This document shows positions 14,221 through 26,600 of a stretch of 64,000 bases of DNA, piece by piece. The notes beneath the pieces were generated by a model. It did no database searches and was not told the DNA's origin. It was given only the letters and a program-made list of their open reading frames with translations. Position 1 is the stretch's first letter. Each line of letters starts with the position of its first letter. The position numbers were made by a program, and so were the translations under genes. The stretch covers positions 45,200,001 through 45,264,000 of the forward strand of contig OZ076413.1 of NCBI GenBank assembly GCA_964187785.1, in the 5' to 3' direction. Origin of the DNA: Amphiscolops sp. MND2022. Lineage: Eukaryota.

Positions 14221-15361
14221 CTAGCTGGAGTACGACTGTGAAACATTTGGAAGTTTTATTGCAAAAATTTTAATGAACTTTCGGTGTGATTTCTAAAACA
14301 TGTATTTTACTTTACAAACGTATTCAGAATTTGCCGTGATTGGCGAGAAGTTTCATAAAATTTTTTATCACCATTATTATTATCAGAAATTCTGGAAAAA
14401 TTTTGACAGTAAATATTTGACAGCAGTACAGAATTTTAACTGCTCAAAAAATGATTGATTAACCACATCCTCACTGATGGCGGCAAAAAAGATTTCGTCT
14501 TATTGTTTGTTTACAGTTGTTTTTCCAGATGTTTCTAAGTGAGCGCAAACAGATTACTAATTATAGCACAAATTAAGGCCAAAATTGTTTTGTTGTATTG
14601 TGTCAGGTTCTGAGATCATTGAAATTCAAACTTTGAAGGATAGATGATATTGGATGGTCGTTCAATTCATCCAACAAAATCAAACACTAATGAATTCTAG
14701 TCAAAACATTCACTTTATGTTTCCTTTTCAGAGTGTTGATAGAAGCTAGAAAGTTCAGTCAAAACTCTATGGCCTTTCTGAAGTTTCAAACTCAGTGCTC
14801 TTTCTAAGGAATATTCTTGACCTCAGTAGTGATAAAATGATAGAACAGTACGAGAGAAAAGGTTTTGAGAAAGAGAACAGCCTTTTCATATCGAAAAGCT
14901 AAAGTTCAGTGAGTGGAAATAGTACCATTTATTGCTTTCATATATATTTTAATTTATAGGCTGCACCGACTTTTTCTCAAAATTACCCTCCAGTCGATCT
15001 GTTCAACTTTTGTAACAATTTTGTTGTCATGCCGGATGGCATGGAAGAATTCAACAACGACGCTTCCCTGTCGTCAAAACTCTAAATTTATTCTCCTGAA
15101 AGTTAGTACTCCATGATTTATATTAAAAGAAGGACGACTGGCTTATCCAGTCGCCTTTCATCTAACAGTTACATGCAGTTCATCGCATACCAAAATCCAT
15201 CAATGATGTTTACAATTTCATTTTAGCTAAATATATATGTAGGTACGACTGAAATCATAAGTCGTCAATAACATCTTCCTCACCAATTTGGTGCTTACTA
15301 TTTCACATTTAACCAAATATCCAAACATGTAGGACTGGTATACTCAGTCATCATACCCATT

Positions 15362-16050
15362 CTTAGTCGGCGCTTCTCTAGTGAAAAGAGCCTGACTATC
15401 ACAGTGGCTAGTTTTTAGTCGGCGCATTTTCCTTTAAGGAAAAAAGCCCGACTATTACAGTGGCTAGTTTTTTTTTCTTTTCTTTTTTTTCGTCAGACCA
15501 CAGAGCTCATCGCGTATGTACCACTTTTTACAGAAACTGATAAGTTCACTCAGGCCATTTTCCACCAATGCAAACTTACTGCAAAGGGTCCCCCCTTTCG
15601 TTTTTTACCTTTTTTACGTAACCTACAAAACCGGAAGACTCCAAAGGGTCCCCCCTTTCAATTTTTTTTCGGCACTGTGCGAATTTTTTTTCGAAAATTT
15701 TTAATTTTTCAAAAGAGTCCCCCCTTCGGATTTTTTAATATTTTGCAACAGAAAGTATGTTAATGAATCCCAAAGGGTCCCCCCTTTTCATTTTTCGGCA
15801 CCATGCGACGTTTTCGAAGTTTTTCTCAAAAAAAAATTTTTTCAAAAAAAATTTTCAAAAAAATTTTTAAAAAATTTTTTGTTTCCAGTCGAGAAAAGTG
15901 ATTGTCCAGTCATATCGAGCATGAAAGGCACAATTTGGGTGTCTCGAAAGTGTTTTCAAAGCTTTTCATGAATACATCCTGGGCATATTTAGAAAACTGA
16001 GCTTTTTGAGCCTTAGATATAGCGCCGACTTTAGACGTTCCCGTCTTGTT
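15362..16050. mobile_element. Non-autonomous repeat, Helentron/HINE (DINE-1-like) architecture
   Basis: Begins with a TAGTCGGCG...CCGACTA hairpin (duplicated), has internal AAAGGGTCCCCCC repeats, and ends GCGCCGACTTTAGACGTTCCCGTCTTGTT. Subterminal inverted AGTCGGCG/CGCCGACT. Confidence 0.55.
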
Positions 16051-16109
16051 TTTCCTCAGACTACAATCTCACTCTGATTGGGCCACTTTTTTTACAATCG
16101 AAACTACTA

Positions 16110-16482
16110 AACCTACTATCATAAGGCCAAGTCCGGTCAGCGGAAATTAGTGCAAAAGGGTCCCCCCTTTCAATTTTTTTTAAGGTAACCTACAAAAGCG
16201 GACGAGACTGAAGGGTCTCTCTTTTCGATTTTTTTCGGCATTGAGCGACTTTTTTCGAAAATACTTTAATGTCTCAAAAAAGTTTGCCTCTCTTGTTTTT
16301 TTTAAGTTTTGCAACAGAATATATGTTAATAAAACCCAAAGGGTCCCCCTTTTACATTTGTTGGCACTATGCGACATTTTCTGAAAGAAAAAAATTCAAA
16401 AATTTCAAGTTTTTTCCAAAAAAAAGTCTTGCGCTTTTTGAGCCTTAGATATCGCGCCGACTTTAGACGTTCCCGTCTTGTT
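16110..16482. mobile_element. Second copy of the same HINE-like family
   Basis: Same AAAGGGTCCCCC blocks and essentially the same end, GAGCCTTAGATAT.GCGCCGACTTTAGACGTTCCCGTCTTGTT. Confidence 0.55.
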
Positions 16483-16597
16483 TCAAATACCATCATGTGC
16501 TTATGTAATTATGAAATTCCAACATGTACACATTCATTTTGCTATCAATACATGCAGTCATAGTATTTTGTCTTTGAGCTCAATATTAGTACGAAGT

Positions 16598-17100
16598 TGT
16601 CATGACGAGCGAATGACGCAGTCGTAAAATTAAACCCAGATTAGCAATCGCATAAGTAGGTGCTAAAACTACCAAAGCGTACAGTAGTAGCCTGATTACC
16701 AGCAAGATAATTGGTTGCTACGACGACCGAGACGCACGGTCGTTCTTTTAACCCAGATTTGTAGTTTTGTAGTTTGTGCTAATTAACACCTGATGATAAT
16801 ATGGTTGTAATTGGTTAAGTACTAGAAAGTACAAAAGGTGTTAAGACGCTGGAAGCAGGAAAGCGTCTAGGCCAGAAAGAAACCATTATAACTATTTTGA
16901 CCACTACTGACAGTTGGTATCTTGCTTTGTAAAATCGCCATAAATCTCATTCCACAATTCTATTCTATTTCACGTACTTACTAACAATAAATCTTCAAAC
17001 TCTATTGCCTTATTCATATGGTAATAACCAGATCGCAAACGAATACAAAACATTTACAAACATTCGAAACAATGAGCGACAACGACAAAATGATTGGAAG
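16598..17100 (+). mobile_element. Possible truncated LTR fragment carrying a gag-like start (MVITRSQ)
   Basis: Starts TGTCATG. The ORF at 17018 begins with an MxxTRSQ motif typical of retroelement Gag N-termini, and the Gypsy elements here start gag inside the LTR. No partner LTR or TSD found. Confidence 0.3.
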
Positions 17101-17964
17101 AGATCTTTTTCGATATCGCCTTTTTAAAGCTCGTTTTCAGGAGCTTTTCCACCAACAGCGCGCAATAGGACCCTGGCCACTACTGCGCGCAAACTTTTGT
17201 AGGACAGTGGTCCCGACTACGGAGACATTGATGAAAATTTATCAATACATTTTCTTTCCTAGTGTCCCAGTGTCTTTTGTATAATTAGGATTCTTTTGAA
17301 ACTTGAGCCGGTCCCGTATTGTTTAAATACCTTTTCGAGACTTTGAATGTTGATGAACGGATGCTTTCCACAATGGGCTAAAAACCAAACTGAAAAAGAT
17401 AAGAAAGGCAGACATAGCTAGTTCACATAGAATTTTGGAAATACTCGTCATATTTTTGATGAAGTCCAAAATTCGCGGCAGCTATTTTTTGTAATGAAAT
17501 TGCGAATTGAAAGTTTTTGCTCAAAACCACCTTTGTTCGGTGAACGAATGGTAAACCGTTTATTAACCCATAAACCGTTTATTCGAGCGTTAATTCGATT
17601 TAACAAAAACTTTAACTGGCCGTAGTTCTAGTTTTACTGATTGTTATCTATGAACCATGGATGTTTCAAAAAACTGCAATTATGGTTTATTACATAGCCC
17701 ATGGCATGGCGCAGCTTGAATCATTGTTGAGTCCATGATTAAACACTGAAAAGTCTGAGACGTAGTTTCAATTTTGAAGTTACTTTTTAAAAAAATATAT
17801 GTGCTTGCAAACCTGAGGTCAATTTGCATTAAATTTAGACAAAGTATCATTTAATACCTAGCTTCTATAATAGAAAATGTTTTGTTTTTTCGATACGCCA
17901 TGATTTCAGTTCTCTGCTTATATTTATTAGAAATCGTAGTATAACTTATTATCGGATTAAACTA

Positions 17965-18410
17965 AACGTTGGGCATAGTGATAGCTCATATCATAGCGAT
18001 ATCTCATATCAAAGAGGAAAAAGCGACCACTCATATCAGGTGTGTCAATAGGTTATAAATTCCCAAATCTTGCTTCAAAAACAATTTGTATATAGTTGCA
18101 AATAGAAATTCCAAATTTTTTATTAAAAATATTATCTCTGCATCCTTTTAGGTGTGATAATGAAATGATTACCAATGGAACTGAGTTTTACCAAATATTC
18201 ATATTACTATACTATAATTTCCCATAACTGCCTCTCAATAAACTAATTTTCACTGATTTTTCAACTATTTGGAAAAAATCCTTCACGCTTTTATTTATAT
18301 TCAAGATTCAAGTTTGTATTCTTTTGATTGACATGAGTTGTCGCTTTTCGATTTGATTCGATTTGTCGCTTGATATGAGTTGTCACCTGATTTAAGTTGT
18401 CACCATACGT
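17965..18410. mobile_element. MITE-like element with repeated subterminal inverted motifs
   Basis: Left end has 3x CTCATATCA; right end has inverted TGA(C/T)ATGAGTTGTC copies; the AT-rich core is non-coding. Confidence 0.45.
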
Positions 18411-18641
18411 GAACGTTCAAGGAACAAAATATATGGGACGGAAATTCTCAACCGAAAGCAATAATATATTTTTCATAAGATATTTCTGGTTCGTGGTCTT
18501 CAATTACATTCATTAACATTTTGCATGCTACCGATATTTTCTACCTAAAAGGAACAAAAAGTTCGAAGATAACTAAGACTGAAAAGAAAAGCTTACGATC
18601 CTTAAATGTCAACAAAATTTTCCCTGGTTGAGAAATAGTGC

Positions 18642-20485
18642 TGTCGCCGGGTTTCCCCTGCGAGATGTCCGGTGTGCAGCATCGATGAGCAGTTCAGCCT
18701 ACTCCCCCATACATCGCAGAACCCAAGACTTCAACCGTAAGTGTCATTGGAGCCACAAACTTTAAAGACATTTAAACTTTTCGTAAACTAAAATAGTTGT
18801 TTTGAATGTTTGTTTTCGTTGCTATTTCCTCACCATTTGTTGAAGTTATAGTGTTAGTTGATGTAAATTTGTACGGTTTGATGCCTCTGTTGATTTGATT
18901 AAAACAACGATAAAATCGTTGATAAAACAAAAGAAAAAGGAAAAAACATTGACTAAATAAATAAGTCTCTAGTGATAATGTTGCTAGTTGACCAGAACCA
19001 AACCCTTATCTTTTACTCCTCAATTACCTTAGAATATTGTACTGCAGTTTATTGTAGTTCCTTTAAGAAGATAAAGCATTTATAGCTTGAATAAGCGGAA
19101 AGTACATGAAAACAGCATGATGAACCACCCATAAAACAGTATAGTGGGATTATACGTTCTTTTACCAACAAATTGTACTGCTTTATGCAGTTCCTACTAA
19201 ATAGCATATGCAGCTCTAGCAATAAAACAGCATAATGACTACGTATGTGAGCATGTTTATACTTCTTACCGCATTATGCGGAAAACTCCTAAAAACAGCA
19301 TAATGTCTACATGTGTGTGCATGATTATACTTCTTGCCGCATTATGCGGAAATCCTACAGAAACAGCATAATGGATACGTTTGTACGCATATTTATGCTC
19401 CTTCCCGCATTATGCGGAAACTCATAAAAAACAGTATGATGTTTAATTCACCGTCAGCATAATGAACGCCAGCAGAACGGAGCTAATGAATTATACAGCA
19501 TTATACTGCTCTTATAGAACAGCATAAATGCCGATATGCGGGTAAAACATCTTAATCCGCATATTGTTTTCACTTTAGTTCACCATCGTCATGATGCTAT
19601 ATTTAGACCTTCTAGGGATGTGATGTCATGATCTAATTTTAACTCTCGACCCTAGAAACATGACGTAAGGATGATTTTCATGAAATTGCTTGTTATGGTA
19701 CTAAAAATATCATCCAATAGAATCATTTGAGGAAACCCTGAAAAAACCATTTTTCCCTACATTCATTCAACTGAAAACCCCCTCAGAATACAGTCACTCA
19801 AACCAGCAAAACCTTCCCATCACTTTCAAAACACGCAGTTTCATTCTCTGTAAAGATATCTACTAGTTTTCATTTCGACAATATCTTTGGAATTCAAAGA
19901 TCTTCTTCAACCAAAACTGTTTTCAAAATGGGAAATAGGAGAAACAGACGTACAAGACGGGCAGATTCTCAGTCTCCTGATAGAGATGAGAATACATCAG
20001 AAACGAGCTTTACACGAGGTAACACGACTTTAACTAATGTTTCTGAAAATGTTAATAACGTTTTTGACAGGAACTTAGGTAGTGAAATAACAGAGCCTTC
20101 TCGAATAAGCAACGAGATAGAAGTAATATCACAAAGATTGGCGGAGCAAAATAACAGTAAGATGACACAGATTGAGGAGCAATTAAATAACAAGTTTGAA
20201 GAAATACTCAAAGAGATTAGAACAAACAGAAACTACAATACAACAACTGATGAAAAGGATGTTGAGAGAAGTCAAGCTGGTCCTTCTAACTCAAAAAATA
20301 GGTGTCTCAGGAACAAACACGCATCGAATACAATGTTGGATAGAGACAAAAATCAGGATGATCGGTTTTACTCATCCGAAATGAGCGAACTAAGACAGCC
20401 ATACACTCCCTTGGAATTGCTAATGAAACCTTAGATGAAACTATCTTAATAAATGAAAACAGACAGGAAAATGCCGATCATCACA
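18642..20485 (+). repeat. 5' LTR of Gypsy element 1 (1844 bp)
   Basis: TGTCGCCGGG...GATCATCACA; about 33 differences from the 3' LTR by manual count (~98% identical). Confidence 0.95.
19225..19440. repeat. 68-bp tandem repeat (~3 copies) inside the LTR, containing palindrome CCGCATTATGCGG and AAACAGCATAATG
   Basis: AAACAG(C/T)AT recurs at 19225, 19293, 19361 and 19429; the same block is in the 3' LTR (~43050-43265). Confidence 0.85.
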
Positions 20486-21616
20486 TGGTGACAGGACCTA
20501 CCAAGGACATCCTGAGACAAAGCTCCACTAACTCCAATATAACAAATACAATTGGACCACACGCAGAAACTCTTCTCGAACATCCTGAAACACAGGACCC
20601 CGTCAGCCAAATTGCATTAGCAATCGAAAAACTGACACGAAAAAATCCTGAACCCTCACTCTTCCACCCGAAAAACACACTTACCTTTAACGGTAATTTA
20701 GAGAAAAATGAAAAGTTCGAGTATTTTGAAGATCTTTTTCATACTACACTCAAAATGCAGCCTCATCTCACTGAAGAAATGAAAATAAACCATTTCCATG
20801 CCCATCTCAGAGGGCTAGCGTTGAAAACTTTCAAAAACATACAACGCACATCAACCACAACACTTGAAGACATCTTAGTAGTCTTCCGCAGAAAGTACGT
20901 CAAGCCTGAATCTAGTGCCTCAGCAAAACACAGATTCAACAGGCTTATGTTCCAACCAGAAAATCAAAAATTACCTGACTCTTGAAGACATCCAAGAGAG
21001 TGCAGAAAAAGCATTTGGGGAAGCAGCACCACAGATTATTGAAAGCCTGCTATACGCAAAAATGCCTCCCCATCTCAAAAAGTCGATCAATCATGCGTAC
21101 CTCGAAAATGGTACATATGAACAAATCGTACGACACTTAGAACGAGAAATGGAACTCAATGGACTTGAAGCGGATGAGCCCCTTGTAAAATTACAGATGA
21201 CTGTTATCAAACAACAATCAAATTCACAAAACACCAAAACAACATCACAAAACACCAAAACAACATCACAAAAAACTACAACCACGAAGACCAAAACTCC
21301 AAACACCGTTCCTAACAACACACTCCAAAATAACCAATGCCGTTATTGCAAGGAAGAAGGCCACTTAGCAAAAGAATGTCCTAAACTTGCAAAACGACAG
21401 AAAATGGACAAAGATCCAGACGCGCCAAGATGTTCCCATTGTAACACCCCAGGTCATGAAGAACCTAATTGCTACTTTGGAGCAAACATGGACAATCGCC
21501 CACCAAAGTGGACACTCACAGAAACACAACAAAAACACATTGACGAGTATAAAAAATCAAGTAAACCCATCAACCCACGAAACACGAAACCTTCTACATC
21601 GAAGAACTTAAACTAA
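19928..21616 (+). pseudogene. gag: Gag of Gypsy element 1; starts inside the LTR, two frameshifts, two CCHC zinc knuckles
   Basis: ORFs 19928-20434, 20485-20985 and 20915-21616 join through 1-nt deletions near 20410 (the 3' LTR copy has the extra C and stays in frame) and near 20980. Knuckles CRYCKEEGHLAKEC and CSHCNTPGHEEPNC. Confidence 0.9.
20486..20498 (+). other. Putative primer-binding site (TGGTGACAGGACC)
   Basis: TGG immediately follows the terminal CA of the 5' LTR; the cognate tRNA was not identified. Confidence 0.6.
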
Positions 21617-21722
21617 TAAAGCCACGCCTTCAAACAAAAAATCCACAAAACTCAGCAGATGACTGGCAGCATCCGCCGAGCCCAAAACCCATAAAATTTA
21701 CAGCATTTGATCAGAACTTGAC

Positions 21723-22671
21723 TGTAACGGCTGCTTGCCTTTATCCTGCGCTGAGGCTTGACAAGCGTTACGCCGCCCTGATCCGTTGCTTAGTGCTGTG
21801 GACCGTCACTAAACAATTCCTGGTTTCTTGTTTTAAAGGACTGTATCTTTAGACTGGTGGGTCCGATGTGACCCGTGGAATCTCCTGCGATCCCTCTTTG
21901 CACTGAATTGGATCCGATGTGATCCTGCACACACTTCCCTCACAGTATCTTCACGCGCTCCGGCTCTCCAACTATGAGAGTAGCTACTTAGTCGCTCTGA
22001 CTCTAGCGAAAAGTTGTGAAGATTGAGAAGTTGATTAATTAGTCTCTTGGTCCTAAGACCCAACTTGACTATAGCTATACAGTGGAGAAAATCTCTATCT
22101 AATAATGGTATACATATCGTTTACAATTCTACAGTAAATATAAGCAAATATCAGTTGAAATATGTTGTATAAATAAATGACATTTAAAGCATAAAATGAA
22201 GTTATTGGCTAAGTAAACAAACGATGTGGTGGTTTTGGCATGTTGGTCAGGTGGGGTAAAAGGTATGTTTACACAATGTAAATATCATTAATTTCAACAG
22301 AGTTACATTTCCTTCAAGGTCATATGAGAAAATAACATAATAATTAATACATCAAAATTGGGTAATTCATGGGGTCCGACCTAGGTCACTTTGGGTGTTA
22401 ATTGCTCGGAACCCAGAGAAGATACGGGGTTCGGTGTTTCGAGTGAAAAGTTAGCGTAGCACCACTACTATACGTGTGCCAAGTTTCAAGGTGATTGAAT
22501 GAGTTGTTTACCGGGACGGGGGGTGGCCCTTTTTTACATAGGGTCATTTTTGCTAAGACTTGTATTTTTCCAACTTAAATCTTGATAAAGTTTCTAAGTG
22601 TTTTGAGTTATAAGTTCCATCAGTCACGTTCGAGTTTGAGTTTCTGATCTCGCAATTGACTGGCGCCAACA
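21723..22671 (-). repeat. 3' LTR of BEL/Pao element (949 bp)
   Basis: Matches 29404-30355 except about 5 substitutions and a 3-nt G-run difference; preceded on the minus strand by purine-rich GGGAGAAAAACAGGGCCGGCAA. Confidence 0.95.
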
Positions 22672-23600
22672 TTGCCGGCCCTGTTTTTCTCCCGAAAAAC
22701 ACTTTCGTAGAACATGGGTGCCAGTTTCACTACTGGTCTTTTGAGTTTTCCATCTTCAGTTTTCACCAGCCCTGATCTCACTCGCCCATCGCTTCCATGA
22801 TAGACGTCCAACACTCTACCCATCTTGTAGTGTGCTCTTTTCACATTCTCATCTACTATCCAAACCAAATCATTGACTTCAAGTTGTCTAACTTCTTCTT
22901 TATTCCATTTAGATCTCTCGTTCCATTGGGGTAAATATTCTCTATTCCATCTGCTCCAGATCATATCTGCGTATGCTTGTGATACTCTGAATACTCTTCT
23001 CAGATCTGTATATCGCTGAGCGTCAGGAATAAATGGGGTTGCTTGACTTGCGCGTCCTAGCAGGAAGTGGTTTGGAGTCAAAGCTTCCAAATCTTCAGGA
23101 TCATCACTGACACTAGTCAGAGGTCTCGAATTCAATATCTGCTCGACCAGGCACATTGTTGTGAATAATACATCATCTGTCAGTGTTCTGTTTCCTACAA
23201 TTGCCATCATAGCTTTCTTGCAGCTTCTGACCATTCGCTCCCAAACACCTCCAAAATGCGGAGCTCCTGGGGGGTTGAACTTCCATTTTATTTGCTTTTG
23301 AGCCAAAGACTGCTCAATGTCTGATTGATTCCAAGCTTCTATCCATTCTCGCATTTCCCTTGCTGCACCCACAAAATTTGTTCCATTATCACTTAGAATG
23401 ATATTCGGTTTTCCTCTTCTTGCGATGAATCTCGTAATTGCAGCAAGACATGCGTCGGCTTCCAGGCTGGGCACAACTTCAACATGCACAGCTCTTGTTG
23501 TCAAACATGTGAATAGACAACACCACCGTTTCATTGATTTCCTCATGAATCTCACTTCGAATGGTCCAAAATAGTCTACTCCAGTATTGGCAAAGGGAAA
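22620..23600 (-). CDS. BEL/Pao integrase core and C-terminus, separated from the main ORF by one frameshift
   Basis: Restoring 1 nt near 23595 gives FPFANTGVDYFGPF, then LFTCLTTRAVH, SDNGTNF, GGVWERMV and LTPNHFLLG. The stop codon lies inside the 3' LTR. Confidence 0.9.
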   Translation of the reverse strand, partial: FPFANTGVDYFGPFEVRFMRKSMKRWCCLFTCLTTRAVHVEVVPSLEADACLAAITRFIARRGKPNIILSDNGTNFVGAAREMREWIEAWNQSDIEQSLAQKQIKWKFNPPGAPHFGGVWERMVRSCKKAMMAIVGNRTLTDDVLFTTMCLVEQILNSRPLTSVSDDPEDLEALTPNHFLLGRASQATPFIPDAQRYTDLRRVFRVSQAYADMIWSRWNREYLPQWNERSKWNKEEVRQLEVNDLVWIVDENVKRAHYKMGRVLDVYHGSDGRVRSGLVKTEDGKLKRPVVKLAPMFYESVFREKNRAGNVGASQLRDQKLKLERD

Positions 23601-26600
23601 ACTCTTTCTTCCAATCTTTCTTTAGGTAAGTCTGCCATGAAAGGTTGAACTCCTCCAACTTGTTGCTTTCTGCACTTAACACACTTCAACTTCACATTTC
23701 TGAGCGCGTTTCGGAGTCCAATTATCCAGTAATTTTGCTGCAAAATGCTGCGAACATACTCTGTTCCTTCGTGATAGTTACTTTCATGCGCATCTTCAAT
23801 CAATTTCCTCACTATTGGATGCTTCGCAGATAGCAAAATTGGATGTTTCATTTCATAACTCGCATCAGCATGACGTAGTCGTCCTTTTAATCGCATTAGG
23901 TTCTGATCTTCCATAAATGGTGACAGTTTGTTCAAGTGATCAGATGCAGCCATTGGTTTACCTGCGGCCAATGCTTGATATGTTGGACCAAAACTTTCCA
24001 TCTGGCTCTTCCGCAGTAACAGTCGGATCACTTGCTGCATTTCTTCTGTTATCACCACCTTTCCTTTGATTTTGGATTTGAACCGAAGGCAATAGGCGAA
24101 GATCCGGGTCATTCTTCTGAAAGAACCGAACTTCTCCCAATCAATGTTCTTTTCTTCTGGCACGACTTCAAAGACTTGCTCTATGTCTTCTGTTTTCTGC
24201 TGAAACAACTGTGGTGAGGTTTGTGGCCAAGCATCTTCTTTCTCTCGAAGCCATGCCGGCCCTGTGAACCACTCGCTCTTTTCTAATTCATGGACGGATT
24301 TTCCTCTTGTTCCGATGTCGGCAGGGTTTACGGTTCCTTCGACATATCTCCACTGATCAATGGTTGAACTGTCAAGGATTTCGGCGACTCTATTCGCTAC
24401 AAACACCGGTTGTTTCTTGTCAGCTCCATGCAACCATTGCAAAACAGTTGTCGAATCCGTCCAAAAGAAAGTTCGTTCAATTTGAATGTCGTGTTCGTCT
24501 ACGATCAGTTGTTTTAATCGGGTTCCATACATAGCTGCTTGTAGCTCTATTCGGGGAATTGATTGTTGCTTCATTGGCGCTACTCGGCATTTCCCTACCA
24601 CATAGGCAAGCTCTCCAGTTTGTTGATCTCGAAAGTAGGCAACTATGCACGTTGCTTCCAGAGACGCATCGGCGAAAATATGCAAGTCCACTACTTCAGC
24701 ATTTTTCGATAAATACGTTCTTCTGATAGCCATTTCATTCATGTGATTCAACTCCGATGCCCAATCCTTGAATGCTATCCCGTCTTCTGGAGATAACTCT
24801 TCGTCCCACGATTGCCCATGTTTCTTCCAAATTCCTTTGAGCAACAATCTCATCCTGACTGTGAAAGGGGAAAACAGTCCCAACGGGTCAAACACAGAGG
24901 ATACGTGGGATAGAACAATTCTCTGAGTGATCTTGGCAGGCACCTCTTTTCCCGTACCGCGGCAAATCTCAAGACTGTCTGACTCCACATTCCACTGGAG
25001 TCCCAAGATAGAAGGTGCCAAGGGTTCAGCTTCGAATGTTTTGCTTAGCGCGACTGATCTATCTTCCGGGGATATTTCTTCCATCACTTTCTCTGAGTTG
25101 CAAATCCATTTGGTTAGTTGGAATCCACCATCTGCTAAGGACTTTCGCAAGCATTTATACACTTCCGCAGCTTCTTCCTCTGAAGCTACTGACTTCACAA
25201 AGTCATCCATATAGAAATTTCTGTTGATCAAATTTGCAACCATCCCATTGCCATCTCTGCTGTCTCGTCCGACTTGTTGCAAAGCGTAGTTGACACATGT
25301 TGGCGAACTCTTAGCTCCAAAAATGTGTCTTCCATATTCATACACAGAGATAGGTTCAGTGTGGTTTTCTCTCCACAAAAATCTGAGAACTTTGCAATCA
25401 GTATGGGGTACTTTCACTTGGAGAAACATCACTTCGACATCTGCTGTCAGGGCGATTTCCTTTTCCCTGAATCTGAAGATAATTCCTATCAGCGATTGTA
25501 GGAGGTCTGGACCGGCCATCAAGTTATCATTGAGTGAAACACCTCCGAACTTTGAGGCAGCGTTGCAAACTCGTCTCACTTTGTCCGGCTTGTTCGGGTT
25601 CAGCACAGGAAGATGTGGAACGTACCACTGAAGGTCTGATTTAGTGTTTTCAAGCTCTGCTTCATCCAGAATTCTCACAAATCCCTTTTGTACGTCCACA
25701 TCAATTGTCTCTTTGTAGCGTTGTTTCAAGTTCGCATCCTTTTCCAGTCGGCGCTCGAGAGACTTCAATTGACTTACTGCTGAACTGTAATTGTTTGGCA
25801 AATGCGGCTTTGCATTTTTCCAAAGTAACCCGACCTCGTATCTCTTTCCGTCGAACTTCGTGGTTGCTTTGAGCATTTCGAGGGCTCGCTCGTCTTCCTT
25901 GGACCTTCCGGATACGCTGCAGTTGGAAGCATACGATTCCATGCTCCACCAAGACTTCACTTGATCCGCTAACGGGTCCACTTCTGCTGCAACTAGACTT
26001 TCAGTTGCGCGCTTTGCTGTCTCTTGTTGAGGCAATGGTCCACTGAGCATCCATCCCAGCTTCGTTCGCACTGCCCAGGACTTGGCGTTTCCACACTTTC
26101 TATTGTCGATTGCTCTATGCAAGTGGTAGCAATCTTGGCCCAAGATGACTTTCACTTCTCCCAAGTTGATGGTAGAATCCCTCAACACTGACAGGTGAGG
26201 ATATGCTTCCTTCAATTTCTTGATGTTGTACGTTCGATTTCCTGCGTTTACGTTGGGATGACTATAGGCCATGATATCTTCTTTGACCTTTCCGTCTTTA
26301 TCTCCAATCTTGACTCGAAGTCGTTTGCTACTAATATCTGACGTTCCATGAATCCCTGCAACATTCAGATCCAGTGGCTGTCCCGTCAGATTTAGCGCTT
26401 TCATCAGGCTCTCGTCCACAAAGGACAGGCTTGCTCCAGAGTCACACAAAGCGAACGTTTTCACATTTTTGCTCCCACTCTCTATCAATACTGGAATGAC
26501 GGAAAGCACTCCACTGCTTCTCATAGAGGACAGATTTGAAACCTCCTGAACATTTTCAACATTTTTCTTTTGTTCCACGTTCTTGTATGGTCTGTGTAGC

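Noticed and set aside
19575..19635. Self-priming (Tf1-like) complement of the PBS inside the LTR (TCACCAT, ATGTGATG)
   Set aside because: Only 7-8 nt matches, expected by chance, and the TSS is unknown.
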